A DNA stretch of 63,517 nt, filler included, from Intoshia linei (taxonomy: Eukaryota > Animalia > Orthonectida), in the NCBI GenBank assembly GCA_001642005.1. It is 8 parts of 8 records of this genome, joined end to end, with 100 filler letters (N's around TTAATTAATTAA, not from the genome) between each part and the next. Parts side by side here need not be neighbours in the genome. Positions count along the whole stretch, not along the records: positions 12,516 to 17,097 come from LWCA01001922.1; positions 17,198 to 33,884 come from LWCA01000844.1; 6 more parts are not named here. One strand, written 5' to 3'. The notes below the pieces were generated by a model, which was not told the DNA's origin, searched no databases, and saw nothing but the letters and a program-made list of their open reading frames with translations. Positions 12,516 through 26,548 of this stretch are shown here, in pieces. Positions within the stretch are counted from its first letter, which is position 1. Each line of letters starts with the position of its first letter. A program made the translations under genes and the position numbers.

Positions 12516-14935
12516 TTGACAATCACTTGTAAGCGAAATATTTGCATAAATGTTTAAATCAATTTAAATACACATAACTCAAACACATTTTAATTTGACT
12601 AGTAATAAATCTATAGATTAAATTTATATAGAGGTTACATCTAAAATTTTATGAGAAATTATTTATATCTTAGTTATATTAATTTTAAATATCGTTACAA
12701 AAAATTTGAATCTTTATTTTCTATTTATAATTTTCAGATTTAGTTTATATAATTACTTTTTATTTAATTTAAAATTTACAAATGTAAATTTNATATAATT
12801 ACTTTTTATTTAATTTAAAATTTACAAATGTAAATTTTTTTTTAATATTTATTATTTTCAAATATAATTTAAAAAAAATGTGTGGTTGTCATAGAAATAT
12901 TAGCCCGAGTGATTTCGATTAGCCAGAGTCACCACTGGAAACTACCCAGCTCGAGGCCACTCGAAATATAAAATAGCTCCTAATGATCTCTCTAATGCTC
13001 TTGACTTGATATTTAAATGATATTCAAGAATATATTTTTGTCAATGCTCAACTGGGAAAAATGAAGTCCCCATTTTACAAAAATTTCAAAAAAATGAGAA
13101 TTAAACGTATACATATTTGAAATACAGAAATATGGGTTCAATCTCATAAATTCATTCCTGTTGTTTTTTCATTATTTCAATTATTGTTTATTAATTGTTA
13201 ATTATTATTTATATCAGGGTTGCACAACATGCGACCGTGTGTAATCCATGTGATCATAATGCAATATATCATTTTACTTCAAATTGAAAAGTTTAAAGTT
13301 AGATTTCATTTAAGGCTTGTTCAATTTTATTCGATATTTGTATTAAAAAGTTACATTTTTGACTTTGGCGAAAATCTTTTTATGTTGAAATTTAATTATA
13401 CAATTTAGTTTTTTAATATTTGTTAAAGTATATTGAAAAGTTTCGTACGATAAAAATAAAAAATAAGGGTTTTTCAGAACTTAAATTTCACTAATAGAAC
13501 AATCTGTCTAACTATTTGATTTGAAAAAATTGCAAATAGAATATTATTCTACAGAAACTTGTTAACATTTAACATTTTTATCAGTTTATATGTTTACATT
13601 ATAAAATTCTTTACTCATTGTCCATTTTGATTAACATACTTTTAATATCTTTCTTTTTAGAATCTGTGAGGTTATTTTTAATAGGAATTTGATGATTTTG
13701 TAAGGAATTATCAAGTCGATATTTAGTAATTGAACCAGTAAATGTTCGTTATATCATAAAATAATATGTTTTCAAGCTTAATTTTTTTGGTAAAAATGTA
13801 AAAGATATGATTTAAAACATTTTTCATCAAAAACCTCATTTTTGACAAAAATGCAAATAGAACATTATAACTCTAACACTGTGAAATAGTGAATAATATT
13901 AAATTTTATACAGCAAAATTAAATACCAATGTGAAGGTTTCTAATGAACTATAAAAGGAAATATCTAGAGACTGGAAAATCTGGAAGACCTAGCTATTGT
14001 TTGTACAAAGAAAAAAACAGACAAGCCAGTTTAATATTAATTATAATTAATAATCATTATTATTAACATTTGCTAGTCTGAATAATTACTAATCTCAGTC
14101 AAATAGCAAGCTTAAAGTGTGGTTTACAAAAAAAAATATAAAATTTGGCAACCACACCACTTAAATTCAATTTAAAATAATGGTACAATTTAAGTAATAA
14201 TGCACATACCAAATAGCAAATTGTACATGTAAATAAATCGATATGTAATAAATTAAAAAAATATTGAATAATGGCTTAATACGCCAAAGATTTTAATGCG
14301 CACCATCAGGGGCTCCACGTAAGGAATAAATTCAACTTGTTCATTTTTAAACAATAATAAATGAACTCTAAGGAATTAGAAATCTAATATATAGATAAAA
14401 TAAAAGATAGTTTTATAAGCATTATAATTCAATTTGTGAATTTACTCATCTTGCGGAATTAGTAATATAGTAAGGAATTACTGATAAAACGCCATTTTTA
14501 TACAAATGTAATTCCAATTAATACATTTTAGCTTTAATCGATTATAAAAATGATTCAAAATTACAAATTTGTAATAATTTGGTCAACTTCAAAATATATT
14601 TATATTTAACGTTAAATGTAAATTAAAAATACAATCTGAATCAGATTGATTTTTAGCAAGAGAGTTTTAATTAAATTCTTCCCTGTAAAATTTTAGAATC
14701 TTATAAATGCAAAAATTCTACTATAATGTCTCTAGTTAAAGAGAATATACATTTTATTACAGAGTATTTACGAAATGCAGAATAAACTACAAAAAAACAC
14801 AATTTATCTTAATTAATCTTAATTGACTTGGAGTTAACTGCAAAAATTACTTTTTTAACATTGTTTGTCGTGATCAAATTTCAACTCTTTCAATGACTTT
14901 GTACGGTTTAATTTTTGAAGGTAATACCTCTAGAC

Positions 14936-15595
14936 TATTGTGTTCAAATTTTTTAAAAATACTTTTTTGTACTTTTACTGAGTTTTATAAAATTTGTACT
15001 GATTACTTTATAAACAGTACTTTATTTAAATATTTTACTTAGATTTTGATTCTAATTTTGTTAATTACGTTGAAGTTCTTGTGAGATTATGCACTATTAA
15101 CGACGCAATAAAGAGAACATTATTGCTAAAAAATTTCTAAATTTATTTATAAAAATAAATATATTTACAATAATAATGTTAACTGTTAAAATTAAAATTT
15201 AACAAAATACATATTAAAATTATCTGTAAGTTGACAGTTACATAAAACTATAATTACTATTAGATTAATGAGTAACTGGAAAACGTGGACCAACTCTTAA
15301 ATCTATTATTTTTTTTTAAGTTTTAACATAAGTATTATAGTGATAGAACATTTTTGGCATATACTTGTATTATAAATGGTTATTTATTTACAGTTATAGT
15401 CCTTCATAGTTAATAATATACACCAATATTTGTACATCAATAATTTATTAATATAATAAATAATTATCAATCGTATAAAGATTATTATGTAATTGTTTGT
15501 GATGTAATGTAAATTTTAAAGTACTTTTTACTGAGTTTTTTTTTTAAAAGTACTTAAGTACTTACTGAGTAAAAAAAACTAAGTTGAACACACTA
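14936..15595. mobile_element. Non-autonomous hAT element
   Basis: Perfect 8-bp TSD CTCTAGAC (Buster/Charlie-type NTCTAGAN target). TIRs TATTGTGTTCAA / TTGAACACACTA. Subterminal TTTTACTGAGT repeats. Confidence 0.85.
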
Positions 15596-16370
15596 CTCTA
15601 GACAAGTGATTCCTAAAGTGAACGGTAGAAAACTTTTTAATGTTTTTGGGTATTAAGTATTCATTAATAAGTTAAAGTTAATTAATGTACATTGCAATGT
15701 AATTGAGAATTAAAAAAAATCATATTCTTGAATATCATAACTATTTAAATGTGTTAAATTAGAAAAGTCAAGCCAATAGCATTATAGAGGTGACTAGGGC
15801 TACATGTCACTAATATTCATTTACTCAATTTTTTAGGACTATTTTTCATTTTCGGTGGCCTCGAGCAGGGTACGTTCGGTTTGTTCGTTCTGTGTAAGTT
15901 TATTAAAAATTTGATAAATTTAAATTATAAAAAATAATCTTATCTTCACTGCCTCAAGGATTTCCCAATAGTCAAATAATCAAATTATAAATGAATTGAT
16001 TTTGATCATACTTGAATCAATTGAACTACTATAAAATAATATTTTTATATTTAAAAATCTGCAAAATTATTAACATCATATTATAATATAGTGACTAAAC
16101 TAATAGTTTGCATCATAATATTACCAATCAATATCGACTGGTTCAATTTTTTAAAGTAGTTTTAAAAACAAACTTTGATTTTTAAAATTTAAATTTATAA
16201 TTTTTTTTTGTCATAGCTATTCGGCTACCGTAAATATTGGTAGCACAATTTTGGATTAATTTTTCATGCAAGTTAATGAATGAATATCATTTAATTTTAA
16301 TTAAAAAATTTTAGGTATATTTGAAATCTTCCGTTTTTATTATTAACAATTACACATCATTGTTGTAGAA

Positions 16371-16663
16371 CAGAGGTGTCAATTATGCGGTACCAATTAT
16401 GGAATGTGCGGCCCGCGTTATAATAAACTTTTTTAACCCATATTTTTTATGATTTATTTGTTCCTGATTACAATTCTAGCATTAGTTATCATAACTAATG
16501 CATAACTGTTATGCAGTTATTCCATTATTGTTTCTTATTTTATTTTATTAATTAATTAAAAATGTTATTTTAATAATTTGAGTAAAGATTTTTTTTGTGC
16601 GGCCTGTATAATCATTATTAAGGTCACATTTGGCCTGCCAAGAAAATTGAGTGTGACACCCTG
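16371..16663. mobile_element. hAT MITE
   Basis: Perfect 8-bp TSD TTGTAGAA, ends CAGAGGTGTCA / TGACACCCTG, and internal TGCGGCC motifs. Confidence 0.85.
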
Positions 16664-17197
16664 TTGTAGAACGTATCATTATTATATTATATTTTAATAT
16701 TTATTAATATTATTTTATATCAAGGTACGATGGTCGACGCCCACGTCCTCTGTTTTGTATGTCTTCATTTATTTTTTTGAATAATTAATTAAATCTGTTT
16801 TAACATTTTAATTAGTGTGATCAAATTCTTCAAATATATTTGTGCTACCTACCTTACATATATCAAACATATTATTATATAAAATATAAATATATCGTTT
16901 AAATGTAAATCAGAACACATCTTTCAAAACTATACCAAATAAGTGTCGTGGCTGTCAATATTTAAAATATTTATTAAAATCTAAATATTGTCGAAATTAA
17001 CCCTAGAACAGCGGTTCTCAAATGGGGGTACTGGTACCCCCTAGGGGTACCAGTTCGTCTCATCCTATGACTCACACTTTATGATTCATAAATTATANNN
17101 NNNNNNNNNNNNNNNNNNNNNNNNNNNNNNNNNNNNNNNNNTTAATTAATTAANNNNNNNNNNNNNNNNNNNNNNNNNNNNNNNNNNNNNNNNNNNN

Positions 17198-17630
17198 GCC
17201 ATTTAGCCAATTTCGCACAATCGTCGCGTAATGAGGCGGGGCGCCATCTTGCATAAACCAAAGGGGTTTTCCTTCACCAATGCGCTCCATCTGTGTCATG
17301 AGATCATTTTTAGCATTTTCAAGTACACCTCGCCGGTCACTGTCTTGTTGAAAAAGAATGGACCCAAAACATGACTCCTCCAAAGTCCGCACCACACTAC
17401 CACTTTTGGACATGAGTGCTCTTTAGTAGGATCCATCCAATGCGGATTTTCGCGCGAATAATAACGAAAGTTTTGTTTATTAACTTCGCCGTTTACAAAG
17501 AAATTAGCTTCGTCGCAGAACAAAACATCATGGTCTACAAAATTCGGATTCTGAATGAGCTGATCTTTAAACCAATTAACCATCTGAAGTCGTCGGTCTG
17601 GGTAATCTTCGTACTTAATTCTTTAGGTAA
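17198..17630 (-). mobile_element. Tc1/mariner-superfamily transposase fragment (DD41D/rosa-like), one frameshift
   Basis: LFCDEANFFVNGEVNKQNFRYYSRENP...KVVVWCGL..SHVLGPFFFNKTVTGEVYLKML, then WFMQDGAPPHYATIVRNWLN. Truncated by a linker. Confidence 0.85.
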
Positions 17631-20600
17631 CGTGCCACTTAATACTAATAAATTTGTGTTTTAATTCAGTTTTTGACTGATTTTTCCAAAGAAATAAAAC
17701 CACCCAATTTATAGAAAAACTGATTTTTTGATATTGTTCACATAATTTTATGATTAACTAAATTACCAAATATTTACTTACTCCTTATAATGCAAAGTTG
17801 TGAAATTGAACAAATTAAATTTTAACAATTTTTTGGCAGTATGCCAAATAGGTATTTATAAGCAATTTAGTTAAATTAGTGATGATTTAGCTGTTTTTTA
17901 CCGTGGTTTTACGTACGTTACGTTTTACCATTAAGTTAAAAGTTGTTTAAAAATTTTTCTAAAATAGTGGACTCATTTTTCCAATTTTATATTATATTTT
18001 GTCAAATCAAGATCCTCATAGAGTTGGTTAAGCCTATATGACACTACGCATCGTTTTGTAATTTTTTAAGGCCTAATTTTGATTTTCGGGTCTCGAGGTT
18101 AGTAGGTTCGACTCTGGAGTGTATATTAAATAAATAAATTTATGAGATCTACTATAATTTTTTTATTTTTAGACTTACGAGATTAATTACATATTAAATA
18201 ATATAAAAAATTGGGTAAAGTCACGGAAATTATAACGTAGATTTATTCGTGAATATGAATGTTTCTAAAAATTGTTTATTCTATACCACGTTGCTTCTAG
18301 CAACACAAATGGATTTCATCTAAAATTATAAAAAAGTTACTATAACTCAGTTTTTCCCGACAGATGGGTCGTGAAATATTTTTTATTGTTATATTTGTAA
18401 GCTTATTTTTTGATTTTAAAAAACAATCCAATTCTTCTGTAAGTGCCAATTTTTGAGGTATTATACATTGTAATATACATTCTACAAGAGGTCACAATTT
18501 TTTAACCACGTACCGGTAATTCGCTATAAAATTTCTCACGGATCACTAAAACGAAATTACCTGAAAAAATTTAAAAAAATGCGATAATTTAAATTTAATA
18601 ATTACTATATTTATGTATTTTAATTATCAAAAAAATTTTTACGGAACGGTAAAATTATTTCAAGGACCGGTACTTATCCGCGGACCGTCATCTGGAAAAG
18701 CTGAATTATACTTAAAAATAAATGTATATGTACAATAGAAATTATTCATGAATAATTAATAATTAACTTAATAATTTTCAAATGTGTACCCTTTTGTTCC
18801 CTTTTGTAACAAAAATTACAACAAGAAGTGATTTTATTACTAAAAAATGAATATTTATCTCAACCAAAACTAAAATTCAATAAATTTGTAAAATTTTTTC
18901 TATAATAGTGTCGTACTAATATCTTAACTGTCACCTAAAAACAAAACCGTGGAAAGCCAGCGGTAAACCCGGTTCAGATGGAAATTGTAGGCCCATATAA
19001 AAAAATTCTATTAATGAGGCGTCTAGACATTGCTTAATCGATCTTTTATTATCTAAAAATTAAAAATATCTAATTAGACTGTTAATAGAACATTTTATTA
19101 TACGATAATTTTGGTATATGTAAGAAAATTTCCAACATTACATTTTAATAAATCAAAAAAATAGGATCCTCATGATTGTAGGCCCGATCCATGTGACCCC
19201 TAGCCCATCTCCACGTTTCACAGCTAACAAAACAAAACTCTAACTTTCAATTAGTTTAGTGTATGAATTACACATCTTTGACCAAAATTTTGTTATTAAT
19301 TAAAATATATGCATCTTTCGTAATTGAATCGTTAATAATAATTTTTATAATGGATTAATTTCTGAATTTCAATTCCCCTTCAAATAGTAAATTTCCCCTG
19401 TTGAAAACCACTAGTATAATTAGTCTTTTCAAATGTACACATTTTTATATTTTAAATGTGGCAGAATCTCAAATTATCCTAATTATTGTATCTCAATTTT
19501 TTAAAATCATGGAATTATGTCAGCACTAATAAATATGATAAATTATATAAAGTAGGATTAAACAGATAAATTATCATAATTTAATTTGATATATTATATG
19601 TTACACTTGTTTACATTTGACATACGAATTAATTTAAATGACTATACTATAATAAAACTACTACAATAACAAAATATCCAAATATGTAATATAATTCAAT
19701 AATTAATGTAAATTTCCAATATTTTTGTTAAAATTCTTATAAATTTTGTTAATTAATGAATCAAAATATGTATAATTAAAATTATGCAAATGTAGTATAT
19801 ACTACACACGAATGTAACATAAAAACAAGTAAAACGCAGGCATTCTAAAATTAACCAAATTAATGAATCTTATCAATATTATATCACAATTAATACAGTA
19901 GAGTCAAAATTAAAACAGATACAACTATAATGCAATGTATAAGTAATCCGCTGAATTTAATTGCATATGAAAAAATGATAAATCCCTGACTCCTCTGGGT
20001 GGAGTCATACTATTCATGAGATTGGATCATTCGAGTAGTACAGAGTTGTTCATTTATATATACACTTTTTTATTTATATTTGCACTTTTTTACAGTCATA
20101 TATTCATTAATTTATGTTTTAATTGATATTAGTAGCTTTTTTGAATTTATCTGCATAATATAATTGTTATTTTACATTAATTTAAATAAAAATCATAAAA
20201 TCATTTCATCATTTTAATAAATCATAAAAATATTTTCTACACATATTTCCACTACTTGAGAAGCGCGTTAATGACCATACAATAAACCATTTTCAAATTA
20301 ATTAATTTTATGGAAATATTGATAAATTGTATAAACATGTATGTAAAAATAAAAATTACTATATAAATCCAAATAACTAACAAAATTTTTGTATTTATTA
20401 GAATCATTAGATAGGTGGTTCGATTCTTCATGGTACTTTTCGAGCAAATGTTTCATGTAGTCTAGATTATTTTCGGTATTTTCAATGTTCATGTCTAAAA
20501 TGTAAACGTTAATGACTACACGTTTTGATTTAAAATAAAAAGTACATTTAAGAAGTAATTAAACACTAATTTGTTTACTTTTTCCTATAAATAATTAGTC

Positions 20601-23599
20601 ATTTTACATTTTATGCTATGTAATTAGATATTAATCATATGTCGATTTTAATGTGTGCTCATCGCACATACATCTGACTTAAATGTGGGGCTACCTTTTA
20701 GATATCAAAAGCTACAATTGTAGTCTAGTTTTAAACTTATCTGTTAGCCGTAATTGTTAAATTTCAATTTTTCTTCTTAAAAAAGAAAACTAAATAAATT
20801 TAATAACCTACAAGGACAGTTAATTACATTTATAGAATGTAATGAGATTTTGATGGCTAAATTTTGATTTACCGTAAACTCTGTCTATAACACTGATTGC
20901 AAACTGAGGGTATATACCCACCAGTGGGTAATTTCATATTTTTCATGGGTAATTGCGAAATTTGATGAAAAATAGGAGTTTTTTTATTTTTTTTACGCGG
21001 CCCTGTACAGTATACAGTTCATATATCAAAAATATTTAAAATTCATAAGGTATTTTACCTAAATATAAATTTTAACATAAATAAACAGTATAACTGTTGA
21101 TCGTAAACCACGTCACATGACTCTAGCCAATCTCCATAACTCTGCCAATTAGTCAGGGATATTGACTTACGGCTTAAGACTTGATTTTACCCTTCAAATT
21201 GTTAAAAATTCATGTAAGGCTTAATTGGAATATTAAACTGTTCTCTATGACATAGTCTATGCATAGAGTATATGGCAAACCACAATAAGTAAATGACAGT
21301 TTATTTCATCCCCTACTTTAAAATTGATACTTTTGATAATGTTTAGACCTTCTGATCGGGTTCAACACGTCATATGTGATTTTTATGATAATATGGACGA
21401 TTATTTAAAATTCGCTAAATAAAACCAAAATTAATAAAAATTACCTATATTTAATTTGATGGTAAACTTTGAAGATTAAATCTGAATTGAATTTAAATAA
21501 AATGAAATAAAGAGTGGTAATTTTAATTACAAAAGTAAACTATAAAAATGGGATGTTACATTTAACACATCAATATTTTAAAAGGAGTGGTTACAGTAAA
21601 TTAGAAATTGCTGAGATAATAGACTATACAATTGAATCAATTACTGTAGCAGTTGAATCAATAGGATTAACAATACGCACCAATACAAAATTGAGTCACA
21701 TCAAATGTTTCTTTTAATTTATACATTTAATTTAATTTATAATGGCATACTACCATATTTTAGATAATTTTAGTCAATATTTATACACTATTTAGTATTA
21801 CTTGATTTTCACAATTATTTAAATTTATTTGTTGAAAATATACCAAATTATGATACGACATTGAAAATCGTTAGTGTTTTTGTTGAATAGTCAAGATATC
21901 TATCAAGAAATTTAAAAATTTAAATAATTTTGTTAATTTGAGATGTCAATAATAGAAGGTTCAAAATTAACAATTTAATATAATTGAAAGTATCACTGTT
22001 AAATATTCATATTGAAATTTCAACGCCAATAAATTTTGTATAAACAATTTTAATTAACATTGCAATTTCATTATTGTTTAATGTCAATCCATTTGTTACA
22101 TTAAATGATAATTTTCAGTAGTTGTCGTACAATAAAATTTAAATTGACAATAAATAATGGTAATAATCGAAGGATTTTAAGCATATCGATGCATTGTAAA
22201 TTTTTACTACATGTTACATGTACAATGTACATTACCACTACAATAGTTTAAATTGGGTTTTTTAATTAAGTTTTTTAATTGGTAGGATTTATTAAATCAA
22301 GGTATATGTACCAGTTATTTTTATATTAATTTTAATTTTAAAAATACGATTTGATTTGTTTGTATATTAATTTTATCAAATAAATCTATATTAAATTTTG
22401 TTCATTTTGTGTTTTTAAGTTAAATTACTTTTTTTCTTCTTTATAATAAATCATGTGAATGTCTAAATCATGGTTTCTTCACCTTTTTTTAAATTTAGCA
22501 CCCCGTTAACCAGATCTGTTATTTACAGCACCTATGAAAAATAAAAATCGTACTTTATTGGTATTTTTAAAACTACCCCATTAATTACGCTGACCATATT
22601 TTTGTCGTACTAAAAGTAGTACTTTTATTGTTTAGAAACCAAATATGTTTTTGATTAATTTTTGATTAGAAAAATGAACATTTAAGTTAAATTTCAATTT
22701 ATAAGTTTATTTACTACGACAAAGTACGACTAAAGACTTTAGTAAAGGTAAAGTACTTTATATATTAGCGTACACTAAAGAGTAACTTTACTCAAATATC
22801 ATCTTTACTGTAAAGCAGTTTATTTTTACAACATAAAATATTTAGAATGATGACAACTATTTATTTCGATGATAAATGCATAAATTATTTAATTACTTAA
22901 GAGATATATGATGCGCGTAAAATAATATTTTATTATTTAACTAGTTAAATAACAGAATTGAATATATTATGGTTACTTTGAAAAATTAGTTTATTTCAAA
23001 TATAAATGATTTTTTTAAAATGCATATTTGCTAAATATAAATAGATTTACTATAGTCGTCAAGAATTTTCTCATTGACTTTACTTTACTTAAAGACTCGT
23101 GTAAATTAAGCCATTTAGTCAACTTATCTTAATCATCATCATAATCAATTCGTCTTGCGTAAAGAGAAGAATGGAAAATCTTAACTTGTAAAGTAAATAA
23201 CTATTATCTAAAAAGTCGTACTTCTGTTCGCACTACATTAATGTCGAACATAATCAAGTAATGAAAAAAATATTTGAATGTAGAAATAAATTGGATTTTG
23301 TTGTTGTTTATCGGAAATAAGTTTATCATATCTAGTTTTTGCTAGCTATAAGGAACTCTTATATTATCGGGAAATATATGGGCTAGGGACACATTGCTAA
23401 AGTCTACAACAACTAGGACCTACTATTTTAATTTATAAATATGTAAGGTTATATACAAAATATAAATTTTGTATTTATCGAAATTACGCTTTCAGGAAAA
23501 ATACTTAATTATAAAATTAAAAATTTCTATTTTGATTATTTTATTATTTTCATAATAAATAGTGCAGCTACAGTTAATTACACGTATTCGTACTAGAGA

Positions 23600-23950
23600 T
23601 AGTGATGTGGAAAATATCGGGACAAAATTCACGGGATTTCCCGAAAAAAAGTGTTGAACAAATTAAAAAATAAATAATATCCAACATATGTTTAAAATAT
23701 GAATGTAAAGGTGATAAAGCAATGTGTAAGGTTTGAAAAAATGATATTCTGCAGTGAATCTTCGACTTATGCCTTGGTAGGAATTCGAAACATATACGTC
23801 ACAATACAAAACCCAATCTAAAAAATTAATCAAACAAGCATAAATAACTTTATTTATAAAACACATCAAAACCCGGGAGCACTTGGTAACTGAGCTGATG
23901 TGGTATGACGGATTTTCAATTAGGGAAATGACTAAAACTGGATTTATTAC
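23600..23950 (+). mobile_element. hAT 5' end with decayed BED-finger/N-terminal remnant
   Basis: Starts TAGTGATGTG with CGGGA/TTCCCG subterminal motifs matching the end of the 59679-60454 element. Remnant peptides KAMCKV and ELMWYDGFSIREMT. Confidence 0.5.
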
Positions 23951-25522
23951 ACTTAAACTTTATTTACAATCTTTGATTAATCAATTTTAATTTAAATAAA
24001 ATAATATAAATTACAATGTAATTACTAATTCAACGATTCAAATGTTATTCTATATTTAAAATAATCAATTGAACCTTCATCAGATTTGGTATAAATAATT
24101 TGATTATGTAAGTTCGTAATACTTTTAACCAGTATACTTAAATAATAATTTGATATTCTGTGCTTTTGAGTACCTTAATTTTAAACTTTTTCAATTTTGT
24201 CAGAATTTTTGATTTTATGTTGGCTAATCAAAAATAAAAATTCAAGTTAAGTAGAAACTAGTTACTCTGAAATATAACAAGACATTTACAAGCTAAAAGA
24301 TGAATAAAAAATGCTAGAAAAATATGTCAACCGGTTAATATTCTATTAGATAAAATCTTAATAATTATTTTTATTTTGATTTATAACTACAAATTTCATA
24401 CATCACACATTTGATCATCAGGCTGCTGCCTCACTCAGCCTGAGGCATATATTTGTTAATTTATAATATACAATGTAAATCTTGCAATTTCTTTTCATAA
24501 ACTTAGTTTAAATAAACAATTTGAATTACAAAATTTGTTTAAATTTTAGAAAATTGACCTGCCATCAAGTTAAAATTAATTATCAGTATTCGTCGGCGCT
24601 ATAATTATATTGAATCGTTTAATTTTGTTTTAATTGTGAAATTAATATTTCTTGGAAAAAAGTACATTTAAATTTAAAAATTGAAGTTATTTTTATACTA
24701 TTATTATTTGATAACGTGTTTTGATTTTTAGGAAAGACCCTCGGACCGTAGGTTATCAATATATTTTCCTGAAATCTAAGACTACAAAACAAGATTATTA
24801 ATCTCTCTGTATATTGGGCGAGGGTTGAAATGGTATATAACTAAAAAATATATAAAGTGACACACAGTTGCCTGAACCTTGCACTTATCAAACCGTTTAA
24901 GTTTCACGTTTTCGGAGTTTAATTTTTTTTTAAATAGAATTAATCATGATAACTTTTTATTTTTTATTCAACCTTACTATCAGTTCAATGGTACACAAGA
25001 TTCACAGTACAGTGTAGACTATGTAACGCAGTACTTCCTAATTATCGATGTAACGATGTCAATACCAACAAAAATGTGAATTTGAGTATTTTAGAAGTTT
25101 TAGTTTACACAAAATAAAATGTGTACAGCTACAACACTCACAAGTTTTATTTACTTATAGTATAAGTCTTATAAAATTCGCTGGCTAATATTATATACTA
25201 AATTGAATTTTATTCGCTTCGATTAAAAAATATTTAACTGTGCCGCGGGGACTTTATAAATTCTACCCACTCATTAAATTTACAAATTTTAATAAAAAAT
25301 CTTGATAAATATCTCACAATATTACCAAACATGCTACTATTCACTATTAGAAAAACTTTAAAGGAGTAGTTCCTAAACTTTTTTCACCATAAACCGTTTA
25401 TTTCACACTGAATTGAATTTAAAGTGGATTATTGACACTTGATTTTATTTTTTTCAACATTTTGTATGGAATTTTAAAATCAATTCTGTAATTCGAATTT
25501 TTTTAATTTATCAAAGGCAATA

Positions 25523-25847
25523 CAGGGGCGGATCCAAGAGGCTAGTTAATGGGGTGCGAGCGAAGTTGATTGATTGTTGGAGCCATGTTAAAAATGAAAA
25601 AAATTTTAGTGGTGTCTCTTTTAATATCAAGGCGTCTAGTTTGATGTAAAGCGTCTTTTTTAATTTCATTTAAAGGTTGTTATACAATAGTTTCCAAATT
25701 TGTATTTTTTTGCAAAAATAAAAAAATGATCAGCACAAAAAAAAAGAAATTAATTTTTCAGTTATTTTACAAAACATAAATTAAAAATTTTTTTTATAAA
25801 TTTAGAAGGTGCAACTGCACCTTCTGCACCCCTTGAATCCGCCCCTG
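25523..25847. mobile_element. MITE with 16-bp TIR
   Basis: CAGGGGCGGATCCAAG ... CTTGAATCCGCCCCTG (15/16 match). TSD is not clear. Confidence 0.75.
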
Positions 25848-26485
25848 CAATGACTGTATATAAACTTTATAATCTTAAAAATAATGTAAAAGAAGAATAA
25901 TTATAGTTAAAATCCTAAAAATCGTTATAAATAACATGAATCCAAGAATAAATAAAAGGCTAATTATCAATCACAAATATTAAAACGTACAAATTTTAGT
26001 TATATGCTAATTCTTTTTTAAGTCATTTGGTAGTTTGAATATTATATTTTCTTAATATTTCAACATCATCAGTCATACTCTATTAAAAATATTTTATGTA
26101 GATATATTAATATCCATAAAACATATATATATAATATTTTAATTTTAAATACCCTTAGTACCAGTTTCTTCTATCGTTAATATGACGAAATATATATACA
26201 GTACATGTAAAATATTATCAAATAATATTTGATCAAAAATAAATACATTTCTTATGTACACTTAATAATATTATGTATTAATCATTTAATGATTAATCAC
26301 GAAGCTGCAAAAAGATGGCTCACGGCGAACCTGTAAAATATTCCATTCTTGAATCGTTTTCAGAATTCTAGAAGTATACGCGTTTCCTTGCTAGTTTCTG
26401 AAACTTAATTATGTTTAAATAAATTAAATGGTTGAAATTAGAGCCAATACAATATGTAATGTAAATATATACTAAACTAAAGTAG

Positions 26486-26548
26486 CAATAACAATAATAA
26501 TATACAATAACAACAATAATATACAATAAAAACAACGATAATACAATA
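26486..26548. repeat. Degenerate CAATAA/ACAAT simple repeat
   Basis: caataacaataataatatacaataacaacaataatatacaataaaaacaacgataatacaata. Confidence 0.6.

Noticed and set aside
12747-12837. Perfect ~45-bp tandem duplication
   Set aside because: Also split by a single N (12792); assembly artefact.
21514-21717. ORF with SIGLTIRTNTK, vaguely LINE RT-like
   Set aside because: No YADD or other RT motif visible; insufficient support.
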